From contig CBDCNP010000002.1 of NCBI GenBank assembly GCA_965219415.1, positions 2,304,001-2,368,000 on the forward strand: DNA of 64,000 bases. The letters run 5' to 3'. This DNA is from Candidatus Marinacidobacterales bacterium. Its GTDB lineage: Bacteria > Acidobacteriota > Vicinamibacteria > Marinacidobacterales > DATDRI01. Positions 19,831 through 29,922 of the stretch are shown here, in pieces; position 1 is the stretch's first letter; every line of letters begins with the position of its first letter. Made by a program: the position numbers and the translations under genes. The notes below the pieces were generated by a model, which was not told the origin of the DNA, did no database searches, and was given only the letters and a program-made list of their open reading frames with translations.

Positions 19831-19899
19831 TTACGTCTTCCGGAACCGATGTTCACCCACAGTTTCTGTTGAAGAGGCACGAATTCTGGAGGTGCTTCA

Positions 19900-20668
19900 A
19901 TGAAACACAAAGCAAGAGTACTAAGACTACCGGCAGTCATGATGCTGCTAGCTCTGGCGCTCCCCCTGACACTTGCGCTGGCCGCCCCGACCCCGGACCC
20001 CACCGTCGACGTTGACGGCGTCTGGGGAATCTCCGAGCAAGGAACCGGTGGACAAGGTGCCAGCTGCGACCGCTGGGCTACGGGACCGGGTAGTAGCCCG
20101 AGCGCCATCAGCGACACCGACCCGAGCATTCAGAGCCTACCGACAAAGGACGAAAACCAAATCCGTTATGGGGCTGAAGACACAGAGGCCGCGCCTTGTA
20201 ATCTTTTTGCCAACCAGAGCGGATTCGGTTTTGACGGGGTGCACGGCGCCAGCATGCCCACCGATGGAACCTCGTTCAAACTGGGAACATTCATACACTA
20301 TAACGGCCGCGTTAATGTTGACCACGAGGGCTTCAACCCGCTAGCGAAATGTTGGGCTCACTATTACGCTTTCCGGGAGCGTCGATGCGGTGCTCGAGCA
20401 GACCGTAACCCTCGATGAAACCGTCAATGACGATGTCCCATGCAAGTATCCCGACGCGCCGAACACCCCTCCGTGTGGAGAAAAGGTGACGTTCGCCTCG
20501 CAGCTTCAGACCACAATCATCGCAATCGAGGGCAAGCGATACACTCTGGAAATACTCGGCCTCACCGATTGCGACGTACCGGGGACTCCCAGCGAAATCT
20601 TCTACACCCAGGAGCAGGCTGCCAATAAAGCCTGCCTGTATGCAAGGCTTGTCGAGACGACGCGCTGA
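19900..20668 (+). pseudogene. Secreted choice-of-anchor K / THxN-like domain protein, frameshifted near 20345
   Basis: Signal peptide, QSGFGFDG, FKLGTFIHYN, DETVN...C...C, RYTLEILG and FYTQE..N.A.L.A.L pattern across two frames. Confidence 0.6.
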
Positions 20669-20841
20669 CGAGTCATCGCGAGCTGCAGAAACTGAAACCC
20701 GATGACAATTTCGCCAGGATCGATGTGCTTTCCGCCACCAATGGCTGCCCCCCAATGCGATCGCCTCTGCGGAAAGCCCAAAGCCTAAAGCATCGGTCAC
20801 CTTTTCCGCTTGGAGGCTCTGCCATGTATTAAGGAGGAATA

Positions 20842-22218
20842 GTGATCGACGATCAGGACTTAATGAAGCTGTTTGACATGGTGGACGAAGCGACGGATGA
20901 ATTGGTCGGGCTGCAGCAGGCTCTCGTGAGCATTCAATCGGTCAACACCGGCGCACCGGACGGCGGCAATGAAATTGAAGTCTGCCGCCTCCTGGAGCAG
21001 CGCTTCGATGCCGAAGGCATTGCCAACCTTACCCTGGAATCGGAGCCGGGAAGGGGTAACTTCATTGCCGATATGGGAAACCAGGCCGCGCCCAGCCTGA
21101 TGTTTATGTCCCACACCGATGTTGTTCCGGTCGAAGATGATAGCAAGTGGGATTTTCCGCCGTTCAGCGGCGAGATCGTCGACGGCACGGTGTGGGGTCG
21201 CGGCAGCGACGACGCCAAATCTCTGACCTGCTCCGGGTCTATGGCCATGATTCTGCTCAAACGGGCGAGAGTCTCTTTGAAGGGAAATCTCCGTTTGCTC
21301 GCTGCCGCCGACGAAGAATCCGGCGGGCTTTACGGGATTCAATGGCTGGCTGCCAACCATCCGGATAGGATCCGCACGGACTGGGCCGTGAACGAGGGCG
21401 GCGGCATGCCGTTCAAGACCGTGGATGGACAGCAGGCCTACCTGTTTGCCGTGGGAGAGAAAGGCCGCATCGAGGCGCGCTTTGCCATTGCCGGCCGCAG
21501 CGCCCACGGGGCGCTTCCCTGGTACGCAGACAATGCCTTGTACAAACTGGCCGAATTGCTCGGGCGTTTGCAGCAGTATCAGAACGAGGCGGAAATCGAC
21601 CTGAGTTTGCCGATTTTCTCGCACCTGCACCTGCCCGGCGTTGCGGGCGAGGTGACGACGGATAATGTCGACCGCCTGTTGGATGAGCTGGAAAATACTA
21701 ACGAGGGACTGGCACGCGAACTAAGGGGGATGTCGCGGATTTCGATCGCCCCGACCGTTACCGCAGCCGGTGCCAAGTCCAACAGCATTCCTGCCGGTGC
21801 CACCCTGATCTGTGATGTGCGCACGCTGCCGCATCAGGATGAGGCTTATGTGCGCCGGGAGTTGGATAAGCTGATTGACGGTCTGAACGGCGTCAGCTAC
21901 GACCTCGCCATATGGGCGGTCTCCAATTCCTCGCCGGCCGACGACCCCTTCGTTGATCTGATGAAGCGCTCCACCGAGAAGGTGCTGGGCCGGGATATCA
22001 TCATGATCCCGGAACTGACCGTTGGGTTTACGGATTCCCGCTGCGTTCGCCCCCTGGGCACCCATACTTATGGTTTCGCTCCGTTGACGCCGGATTCCGA
22101 CACCACCCGCCCCGGCGTCCACGGCATCAACGAAGCTATGGAGATATCGAACCTGGTGTTTCTCACGAAAACGCAGATTACCTTAGCCTGCCTGGCCTTG
22201 CAGGGCAGCATGCCATGA
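20842..22218 (+). CDS. M20/M25/M40-family metallopeptidase/deacylase
   Basis: SHTDVVP, GRGSDDAK, ADEE, GEKG and VHGINE motifs. AGGAGG RBS. Confidence 0.92.
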   Translation: MIDDQDLMKLFDMVDEATDELVGLQQALVSIQSVNTGAPDGGNEIEVCRLLEQRFDAEGIANLTLESEPGRGNFIADMGNQAAPSLMFMSHTDVVPVEDDSKWDFPPFSGEIVDGTVWGRGSDDAKSLTCSGSMAMILLKRARVSLKGNLRLLAAADEESGGLYGIQWLAANHPDRIRTDWAVNEGGGMPFKTVDGQQAYLFAVGEKGRIEARFAIAGRSAHGALPWYADNALYKLAELLGRLQQYQNEAEIDLSLPIFSHLHLPGVAGEVTTDNVDRLLDELENTNEGLARELRGMSRISIAPTVTAAGAKSNSIPAGATLICDVRTLPHQDEAYVRRELDKLIDGLNGVSYDLAIWAVSNSSPADDPFVDLMKRSTEKVLGRDIIMIPELTVGFTDSRCVRPLGTHTYGFAPLTPDSDTTRPGVHGINEAMEISNLVFLTKTQITLACLALQGSMP

Positions 22219-22245
22219 TTGCGAAACGTCAGGCGGGCGATCCAG

Positions 22246-23781
22246 TCAGCCGAGAATGCGTCTCACCGCCAGCCCTCCCGGCGCACAAGTCAGCCCCCCT
22301 CCCGGGTGGGCTCCGCTGCCGCACAGGAAGAGCCCTTCGAACGGTGTCGCATAACGCGCGCACTCGGGGGTCGGCCGCACCAGAAGTTGATCCAGGGCAT
22401 GCTCGCCGTGGTGAAGGTGGCCGCCCGTGACGCCGTAGCGCCGCTCGAGATCCTGTGGAGTGAGGACTTGGTGGCCGACGATCAGCTCAGAGATGCCGGG
22501 AGCGTACTCTTCGAGCCGGGCGAGAACTCGGGAGTAGAGGTTGGAGCGTGCCTCGTCGTTCCAGCCGCCCTCGAGCTCGAAGGGGACGAAGTGGACCAGG
22601 ATCGAGAAGACGTGGTGGCCCTCCGGCGCCAGATCGGTCGACTCGACCGTCGGAACCTGGATGTCGAGGATCGGGAGGTCAGAGAACTTTCGGTACTTGA
22701 TGGGATCGAAGGCCCGTTCGAGCTCCTCGAGCGTCTCTCCGACGCGAATCGACGACACTCTGGCGTTGGGCCGGCAGGCGAAGTTCGGATAGCCGGAGAG
22801 CGCGAGATGGACCTTGGCCGCTGTGCCACGGGATCGGAAGACCGAGATCGAGTGCTCGAGGCCGCGCGAGATCAGCGCCGGCGGCAGGAGCTCCACGAAC
22901 AGGTGCTTCGGATCGCATGAGGCGACGACCGTCTTGGCCTGGGTTCCCTCGCCCCCGGCGAGCTGGACGCCGGAGATCCGGCCTGCCTCTCCGAGGAGGC
23001 CTGCGACCCTGGCATCGGTACGAATCTCGACGCCGCAGGCCCTGGCGGCCCGCTCCAGGGCCGTGATCAGTGTCGCCGGACCGCCCTTGATCGGGCTTCC
23101 GGCCAGGCATTCGGCCCGCAGGAGGTTGGCTGTCGAGCCAGGAGAGCGGGGCCCGGTGACGGTGTTCTGGATGGCCGGCCCGGCCAGCGCTGTCTGGAGC
23201 AGCTGCGAATCGAACCGCTCGTCGAGCCAGTCGGCGAGGGCCATCGGTGCGACGCGGAGGATCTCCATCATCTCCCGCTTGCCGAGGAGTCGCAGCGCCA
23301 GCGCGGAGCGTCCCAGGCTGAGGATGTCGCCGGCTCCGGGCTCGAAGATGTCTGGCGGCGGGTTGTCTGCCAGACGCGTGACGACTGGGGCGAGACGATC
23401 CATGAATCGTCGATAGTGACGGTAGTTGTCGGCTTCTCCAGGCGAGACTGCCGCCAGCTCGTCGGCTGCCTTGTCCGGGTCGCGCCAGAGCAGAAGCCCG
23501 GCACCATCCTGCTGTGGAATCAGTGTCGGCGGCGCCTGGTCGTGGCGCGACAGTCCGTACCTACCGAGATCGAGAGCGTCGACCACCCACCGGCGCACGC
23601 CCTCGGTGTCGTGAAGCACGCCGTTGGTGCGATACCCGGGATGGAACTCCTCGCTGGCCGCGAGCCCCCCGAGCACGGCCCGCCGCTCCACCAGCAGAGT
23701 CGAGCGGCCGCCCTTGGCCAGCAGCGCCGCAGCGGTCAGCCCGTTGTGCCCGGCTCCGATGACGATTGCGTCGTAGCTCAT
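22246..23781 (-). CDS. Phytoene desaturase-family (PYROXD2/CrtO-like) FAD oxidoreductase, subunit 2
   Basis: YDAIVIGAGHNGL and C-terminal CGSGAHPGGG motifs. Confidence 0.9.
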   Translation of the reverse strand: MSYDAIVIGAGHNGLTAAALLAKGGRSTLLVERRAVLGGLAASEEFHPGYRTNGVLHDTEGVRRWVVDALDLGRYGLSRHDQAPPTLIPQQDGAGLLLWRDPDKAADELAAVSPGEADNYRHYRRFMDRLAPVVTRLADNPPPDIFEPGAGDILSLGRSALALRLLGKREMMEILRVAPMALADWLDERFDSQLLQTALAGPAIQNTVTGPRSPGSTANLLRAECLAGSPIKGGPATLITALERAARACGVEIRTDARVAGLLGEAGRISGVQLAGGEGTQAKTVVASCDPKHLFVELLPPALISRGLEHSISVFRSRGTAAKVHLALSGYPNFACRPNARVSSIRVGETLEELERAFDPIKYRKFSDLPILDIQVPTVESTDLAPEGHHVFSILVHFVPFELEGGWNDEARSNLYSRVLARLEEYAPGISELIVGHQVLTPQDLERRYGVTGGHLHHGEHALDQLLVRPTPECARYATPFEGLFLCGSGAHPGGGLTCAPGGLAVRRILG

Positions 23782-25367
23782 AGCTCACCCGATCCGAGAA
23801 GGGTCTTGGCGGCCAACTGCCCCGAGGCGCCCATGACGCCGCCGCCAGGATGCGTGCCGGAGCCGCACATCCAGAAATTCTTGATAGGAGTCTTGTAGTG
23901 CGACCAGCCGGCGGCCGGACGCTGAAAGAGAAGCTGCTCGGGGGTCAGCTCGCCCTGGAAGATGTTGCCTTCGGTCAGGCCATACTCCTGCTCGAGATCC
24001 CAGGGCGTCAGCACGTGCCGGTAGAGGATCGAGTCCTTGAGCCCCGGGCAGTACTCGGCGAAGGTGTCTACGACCGCGTCGCCGAAGGCCTCGCGCCTGG
24101 AAGGCCAATTCTCGGCGCCCTCGCGGATGTGGTACGGCGCGTACTGCACGAACATCGAGATGATGTGCTTGCCCGGCGGGGCGACGCTGGGATCCAGAAG
24201 CGACGGGATCACGACGTTGATGTAAGGCCGCTTCGAGAAGTCGCCGTACTTGGCCTCGTCGTACGCCTTCTCGAGGTAGTCGATTCCCGGTGCGATGGCG
24301 ATGTCGCCGCGTAGATGCGCCGTCCCCTGGCGACCGAAGAACTCCGGCAGCCGGTCCACCGCGAGGTTGACCTTGCCAGACGAGCCGCGCAGCTTGTAGC
24401 GCCGGATCTGGCTCGCGAACTCGTCGTCGAGGTGTTGCTCCCCGATGAGACCCATGAATGTCTTGCGCGGGTCACAGCTGGAGATCACGGTGGTCGCGGG
24501 CAGCGTATCGCCGTTCTCGAGCACCACACCGGTCGCCTTGCCACCTTTGAGCATGACCTCTTGGACGCCGGCCTCGGTTCGGATCTCCGTGCCGAAACTC
24601 TCCGCCGCGCGAGCGCAGGCCATGCTCACGCCGCCGGTGCCGCCCTTCGAAAGGCCCCAGGAGCGGAAGGCGCCGTCGATCTCGCCCATGTAGTGGTGAA
24701 GCAGGACGTAGGCCGTGCCGGGCGAGCGCACGCCGAGGTAGGTGCCGATGATGCCGCTGACCGCCATCGGCGCCTTGAGCACATCGGACTCGAACCACAT
24801 GTCGAGGAAGTCGACTGCGCTCATGGTCATCAGCTTGAGGTTCATATTCATGGCGTCGACGCCGCTGACACGCAGATCGTTCCCGAGCTTCACCAGCCGC
24901 ATCAGCTCCCGTGGATTCCACGACGTCGGGTCGGGCGCCGGTGAGTCGATGATGTTCCGGGCAAACTGCGCCATCTTCGTCATCGTCAGGCTGAACTCGG
25001 GGTAGATCTCGGCGTCTTTGGCGCTGAAGCGCGAGATCTCCTTGCGGCTGCGAGCGTAGTCGGGCCACCGGCACAGCCCGGGATCACCCACTCGAGGCGT
25101 GAACGAGGTCTCGAGCGGGATGATCTCCATGCCGTGCCTGGCAAGCTCGAGGTCGCGGATGATCTGTGGGCGAAAGAGGCTGATGACGTAGGAGCAGCTC
25201 GAGAAAGTGAAGCCCGGGTAGAGCTCTTCGCTCACGGCTGCGCCGCCCAACACGTGGCGCTTCTCGAGCACGAGGACTTTGCGTCCGGCCTTGGCCAGGT
25301 AGGCGGCACAGATCAGGCCGTTGTGACCTCCGCCTATGATGATCGCGTCGTATCTCAGGCTTGCCAT
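23778..25367 (-). CDS. Phytoene desaturase-family FAD oxidoreductase, subunit 1
   Basis: True start MASLRYDAIIIGGGHNG at 25367 (TGATG overlap). CGSGTHPGGGV motif. Confidence 0.9.
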   Translation of the reverse strand: MASLRYDAIIIGGGHNGLICAAYLAKAGRKVLVLEKRHVLGGAAVSEELYPGFTFSSCSYVISLFRPQIIRDLELARHGMEIIPLETSFTPRVGDPGLCRWPDYARSRKEISRFSAKDAEIYPEFSLTMTKMAQFARNIIDSPAPDPTSWNPRELMRLVKLGNDLRVSGVDAMNMNLKLMTMSAVDFLDMWFESDVLKAPMAVSGIIGTYLGVRSPGTAYVLLHHYMGEIDGAFRSWGLSKGGTGGVSMACARAAESFGTEIRTEAGVQEVMLKGGKATGVVLENGDTLPATTVISSCDPRKTFMGLIGEQHLDDEFASQIRRYKLRGSSGKVNLAVDRLPEFFGRQGTAHLRGDIAIAPGIDYLEKAYDEAKYGDFSKRPYINVVIPSLLDPSVAPPGKHIISMFVQYAPYHIREGAENWPSRREAFGDAVVDTFAEYCPGLKDSILYRHVLTPWDLEQEYGLTEGNIFQGELTPEQLLFQRPAAGWSHYKTPIKNFWMCGSGTHPGGGVMGASGQLAAKTLLGSGEL

Positions 25368-26557
25368 CACGCCCTCTTTCTCTCGGGATTGAAGAACGGC
25401 GGCTTGACGACGCTGGCGCTGATCGTGTGGCGCCGGTACTCGGCGGTCATCTCGAAGCCCACTTCGGTTCCCTCCCCGGCCCAGGCTGTGGGTAAGAGCG
25501 CGAGAGCTAGGTTCTTCTTCAGGGTCGGCGACCAGGTGCCGCTCGTGGCCTGGCCGATCCAGCGGTTCTCCCGGTCGTAGACGGGTCGGCCATCGCGCCA
25601 GGCGTGTGACGGGAGCTCCGGCGGAAGGCGGTAGCGGGCGAAGACCTGCTCCATCTCGGTCCAGGAGATGTCGAGGCCGACCAAAGCTCGGGTCGAGCCC
25701 TGATCCCTCTCCCGTCGCAGCGCTGCCTGGCCGATGAAGGGGTCGCGCTCGAGCTGCACGGTCCACCCGAGGCCGAGCTCGTAGGGCGACGACTTACGCG
25801 CCTCGGTCAGGCAGTGATGGGCGCTGAAGTAGTCGACTCCGTTCATGATGAAGCCGGCTTCGATGCGCGAGACGTCGAGCGCGTCGAGCCCGGCCGGGAT
25901 CATCCCCCAGCGCCCACCGACTTCGGAGATGGCGTCGTAGACCTTCAGAGCAGATTCGCGTTCAATCCAGACTTCGTAACCGAGATCGCCGGTGTAGCCG
26001 GTGCGTGAGATCCAGACGTCAACGCCGTCCAGCTGGCCTTTCCTGACCTGGAAGAACCGAAGCTCGTCCATGTCCACGTCACTGACCTCTGCGAGGATGC
26101 GCCGTGACTCGGGACCCTGCAGAGCCAGCGTTCCGAGACGAGCGCTGGAGTCCTCGATCGTCACCCGGTAGCTGCGGCTCATCCGTTCGAGCCAGGAGAG
26201 CGATGGCTCAGCCGCGGTCAGGCGGAAGTAGTCGTCGTCGAGCCGCGAGACCGTGCCGTCATCGACCACCTTGCCGGCGTCGTCGCACCAGCACAGGTAA
26301 GTCACGCGTCCGATCTTGAGCCTGGCGACGTTCTTGACCGTCAGGCGCGAGAGGAAGAGGGCAGCATCGGGACCGTAGATCTCGTACTTGAGCAGCGGGC
26401 TGACGTCGAGCAACCCGGCCGAGTGGCGGATAGCGAAGTATTCGCCCTCGTGCGACACGTCGTACGAGCAGACGGCGTAGTAGCCACCCCATTCCTTCCA
26501 GTTGTTGCTGATACAAAGCTGCGAAGTCCGGGGGTGGAAGACGCTGGGCTCAGCCAT
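25367..26557 (-). CDS. GcvT-like aminomethyltransferase (THF-binding) family protein
   Basis: AGLLDVSPL, SRTGYTGDLGYE, RIEAG and PFFNPERK motifs. Confidence 0.9.
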   Translation of the reverse strand: MAEPSVFHPRTSQLCISNNWKEWGGYYAVCSYDVSHEGEYFAIRHSAGLLDVSPLLKYEIYGPDAALFLSRLTVKNVARLKIGRVTYLCWCDDAGKVVDDGTVSRLDDDYFRLTAAEPSLSWLERMSRSYRVTIEDSSARLGTLALQGPESRRILAEVSDVDMDELRFFQVRKGQLDGVDVWISRTGYTGDLGYEVWIERESALKVYDAISEVGGRWGMIPAGLDALDVSRIEAGFIMNGVDYFSAHHCLTEARKSSPYELGLGWTVQLERDPFIGQAALRRERDQGSTRALVGLDISWTEMEQVFARYRLPPELPSHAWRDGRPVYDRENRWIGQATSGTWSPTLKKNLALALLPTAWAGEGTEVGFEMTAEYRRHTISASVVKPPFFNPERKRA

Positions 26558-26772
26558 GGCCAACTCCTTGCCCGGCGTTCGTGTTACGGGCCTGAGAGTT
26601 CCTGCTCGTGATCCCGTATCTCGACCCGATCACTCCTCTCAGGATCAACGAGGGCACCTCGGACGAGCTGCTCGACGCCCTCGAGCGTGGCCCATAGCTC
26701 GAATAGCGTATACGACGACCGAGGCGCTGATAAGCGCGGCGATGCTGACGGCTTCTTCGGGAAAGCAAGAGC

Positions 26773-27531
26773 TCAACGGCCAGCCGTATCGCCACCATCA
26801 ATCGGCAAGGCGACACCAGTTACGAAACGTGCCTCGAATGAAGCCAGATAGAGGACCCCGTGGCCGATCTCGGCCGGCGTGGCAATGCGCTTCATCGGCG
26901 CATAGTCGATCATCCTCTGCTCTGCGGCGGCTGGGTCGTCTTTCTTGTCGATACTGTCGCGGCGGATCATGTCGGTATCGACATAACCCGGGCATACGCA
27001 ATTGACCCGTACGTCCGGCGCTACTTCCAACGCCATGGCCCGGGTCATGTTGACGACCCCACCCTTTGACGCGCAGTAGACGGTGATTCCCGGTGTCCCC
27101 ATCAAGCCAGCATCCGAAGCGATGTTGACGATATTGCCTTTGGACTTGCGCAATGCAGGTAACGCCGCGCGGCAACAGAAGAATGTGCCCTTCAGATTGA
27201 CGTCGACGTGAGCGTCCCACATCGCCTCGTCGGAATCCTCAATGGGTCTGCCAGCACCGATACCGGCGCTGTTCACCAGAATGTCGAGGCCACCGAAGGC
27301 GTCGTTCGCAGTCTTTACCACTGACTCGCAGCCGGGAACGGTTCCAATATCGCCGGGCGCTGCGACCACGCGCTCACCACCGCCCAGTCTCTCGATGGCG
27401 GCGCTCACGGATTGCTCTGTTCTGCCGTTGATGGCGACACGCGCGCCAGCGCCGACAAAGGCTTCTGCAATGGCAAAACCGATACCCCGACTGCTGCCCG
27501 TCACCAAGACCCGCTTGTCCGTGAAGTCCAT
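26773..27531 (-). CDS. SDR-family oxidoreductase
   Basis: TGSSRGIG, NSAG and YCASK motifs. Confidence 0.92.
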   Translation of the reverse strand: MDFTDKRVLVTGSSRGIGFAIAEAFVGAGARVAINGRTEQSVSAAIERLGGGERVVAAPGDIGTVPGCESVVKTANDAFGGLDILVNSAGIGAGRPIEDSDEAMWDAHVDVNLKGTFFCCRAALPALRKSKGNIVNIASDAGLMGTPGITVYCASKGGVVNMTRAMALEVAPDVRVNCVCPGYVDTDMIRRDSIDKKDDPAAAEQRMIDYAPMKRIATPAEIGHGVLYLASFEARFVTGVALPIDGGDTAGR

Positions 27532-27547
27532 GTCGCTCCCCCCGATT

Positions 27548-28534
27548 CTACTGAATGATTCGCTTGAACACTTCCAGGTTGATATTTCGGCCACAGACGA
27601 CCGCGACTACCTTCTTGCCTTTGAATCGCTCTTTGTGCTTGAGCAGTCCCCCCACGCCGAGAGCTCCAGAACCTTCGACAACAAGACGATGTTGCTCAAA
27701 CAGAAGGCGGATGGATTCTTCTATCTCCCTTTCGGTAAGCAGCAGGATCTCCTCCACATATCGGTGACACAGCGGCAGAGTGATGCTGTCTAGATCAACG
27801 CCGCCAGCGCAGGTGTCTGCCAGCGTCGGGGAGGTTTCCATCTCGACCATCTCATTGGCTAGCACGGATTCATACATCACGGGGGAGTTCTCCGGCGAGA
27901 CGCCGAAGACTTTAACCTCGGGGTTGTGGGATTTCAGCCAACCCGCCGACCCCGTAAGCAATCCCCCCGCCCCGCAAGCAAAGAGGGCTGCGTTCAGATC
28001 GGAAAGTTGCCTGGAGATCTCGTACCCACAAGTCCCCTGCCCGCCGACCACGATCGGATCGTTGTATGGCGACACATAGATCTTGTCTTGTTCTTCCGCA
28101 ACACGCCGGGCCTCCTTCTCGGCATCAAAGGAGTGTTTGCCATGAATGACCAGATCCAAGCCATGGGACCTCAACAGTGCCAGACGTGACGGCTCAAGAT
28201 CCTCGGCTATGTAGATGGTGGCGCGGTGCTTTCGAATCTTCATGGCCTCGGCAACCGCAAGGGCGTAATTCCCTGTAGAGGCCGAGATCACCCCTTTGTC
28301 CAGCTCTGCTTCCGTGAGCGATAGGATCTTGTTGATCGCACCGCGAAACTTGAACGAAGAGGTTGTCTGCATCGAGTCCAACTTGAGCCACACTTCGCCC
28401 TCTATCTTGTCGCTGAGATACATGGAGTACTCGAGAGGTGTGGGTGAAAGGTGATCCTGGCATCTTTCGATGGCCTCCAGGACCAACTGGGGTATGTCCA
28501 GCGGTTGAGTGTCAGTTGTCATGATGATTGCCAC
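27548..28534 (-). CDS. Threonine/serine dehydratase-family PLP enzyme (fold II)
   Basis: SSFKFRGA, ASTGN and GAGGL motifs. The start may be ATG 28522. Confidence 0.9.
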   Translation of the reverse strand: MAIIMTTDTQPLDIPQLVLEAIERCQDHLSPTPLEYSMYLSDKIEGEVWLKLDSMQTTSSFKFRGAINKILSLTEAELDKGVISASTGNYALAVAEAMKIRKHRATIYIAEDLEPSRLALLRSHGLDLVIHGKHSFDAEKEARRVAEEQDKIYVSPYNDPIVVGGQGTCGYEISRQLSDLNAALFACGAGGLLTGSAGWLKSHNPEVKVFGVSPENSPVMYESVLANEMVEMETSPTLADTCAGGVDLDSITLPLCHRYVEEILLLTEREIEESIRLLFEQHRLVVEGSGALGVGGLLKHKERFKGKKVVAVVCGRNINLEVFKRIIQ

Positions 28535-29520
28535 TAGTTGCCCTCCACAAAACTCCTCAGGCTATTCAACAAATTGTCTTCTACCTCTATCTCATTACTC
28601 TCCAATACTCTTGATCTAATCCTATCTCCACGCTCCCCTGGAACCATGACTTGGTCTACTCCTTCGAGCTTCTTTGCTCGTTTCATCGCCATGGTCATCT
28701 TGGTGGTTTCTTCTATGAATCTCTGCATTCCAATCATAGCTTCGGGGTTGATCGCAATTACGACGTTGCCATCATTGTCGCTTTTGTTTAGAAAATCCCC
28801 ACCAACCAAAGCCCCTCCAATGATCTGAACCATTAGAGCAAGCCCGGCGCCTTTGACTCCTTTATCAAACGGTCGTATCGCTCCTTCCATTATTTCTGCA
28901 GGATCTGTTGTGTCGTTTCCCTCTTTGTCATAGCCAAGCCCTTCAGTTACTTGGACTCCTTGTGTCTGTGCTTCCAGTAAACCAAAGTAGGATATGCCTG
29001 ATGATGACATATCCATGACAATGGGTTCGTTATCAGTCGGAACAGCCCAAGCTACTGGATTGGTACAAAACAAAGGCTCATAAGAGCCGTGAGGAGGTAC
29101 CATCCCGAAAGGGTAACTTGACATGGTAATGCCAACCAAACCTGCGTCCGCGATCTTTCGTGACCAGTAACCAATGGCACCAGAGGATCCATCACCCGTA
29201 TGTATCCCTACGATTGCTATACCCATCTCTTTAGCTTTTCGTATTACCATGTTGACGGCTTGTTCCATGGCAACGGCTTCCATTGAAAGATTGGCGTTGA
29301 TTATTGCGGTAGTTGGGGTTTCTTTTTCTATGGTTGGTGTTTGTGCCTTTCGATGTCGTGGCATTCCTTTGCCAATTAATTTAACAATGCCTTGATTGTT
29401 TCCTCTCATTTGAGCATACATGAGCATATCCAGAATTATTGTGGCTTCTTCTTCTGGGTAGCCATACTTGGAAAGTGCTCTCTTTGAGAGGTCTGTTAGT
29501 TCTTGGAGTGATATCTTCAC
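28534..29520 (-). CDS. Ldh_2 / YiaK / DpkA-family oxidoreductase
   Basis: SGAIGYW, FCTNPVAWAVP, DMSSS and KGAGLALMV motifs. GTG start with GGAGG RBS. Visibly AT-rich. Confidence 0.88.
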   Translation of the reverse strand: MKISLQELTDLSKRALSKYGYPEEEATIILDMLMYAQMRGNNQGIVKLIGKGMPRHRKAQTPTIEKETPTTAIINANLSMEAVAMEQAVNMVIRKAKEMGIAIVGIHTGDGSSGAIGYWSRKIADAGLVGITMSSYPFGMVPPHGSYEPLFCTNPVAWAVPTDNEPIVMDMSSSGISYFGLLEAQTQGVQVTEGLGYDKEGNDTTDPAEIMEGAIRPFDKGVKGAGLALMVQIIGGALVGGDFLNKSDNDGNVVIAINPEAMIGMQRFIEETTKMTMAMKRAKKLEGVDQVMVPGERGDRIRSRVLESNEIEVEDNLLNSLRSFVEGN

Positions 29521-29848
29521 CGCACCCTCCTTTGTTTCCGGCGATTCCGCTTGGGTCCACGCGTTCAAAAACAGCCAATCCGCGTTCTGCTCAGCCGGGT
29601 CATCCCATTCCGGCCTGGTCCACATGGAATCGGGCGGAAAAGGGATTCACACCGAGCTGAAAGCGAGCTCGCTAGAACTCGCGGTCGGCCAGCGCAGATC
29701 AGCGAACCGGCGGCGCGAACGGGACGCCCCCGCTGTTTGTCTTGATGCAGTCATCAGGGCAAATGCACCGGATGCCAACAGCAGGAGCGTCTCGCTGGGA
29801 GGACGCTTCTCGGCCTGCCGGCCTCCACCCCTGGACACAGGCGGGGAG

Positions 29849-29906
29849 CGGGGACACGATCCGCCGGTCCCCGTCCCCTGACGGCGGCCGACGTATCGTG
29901 TCCCCG
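29849..29906 (-). terminator. Long stem-loop downstream of the TonB receptor
   Basis: cggggacacgat (29849-29860) pairs with atcgtgtccccg (29895-29906), with inner ccgccg/cggcgg. No U-tract. Confidence 0.5.
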
Positions 29907-29922
29907 GTACCGCGCCTCTAGG

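Noticed and set aside
22246-25367. Carotenoid biosynthesis cluster
   Set aside because: No crtB/crtE/crtY nearby, and the genes are coupled to an aminomethyltransferase.
25368-25766. N-terminal extension of the 662-aa flavoprotein ORF
   Set aside because: It overlaps the GcvT-like gene. The true start is ATG 25367, just before the FAD motif.
29720-29800. CTGATGA on the minus strand, suggesting a hammerhead ribozyme or riboswitch
   Set aside because: No stem II + GAAA core and no other riboswitch consensus.
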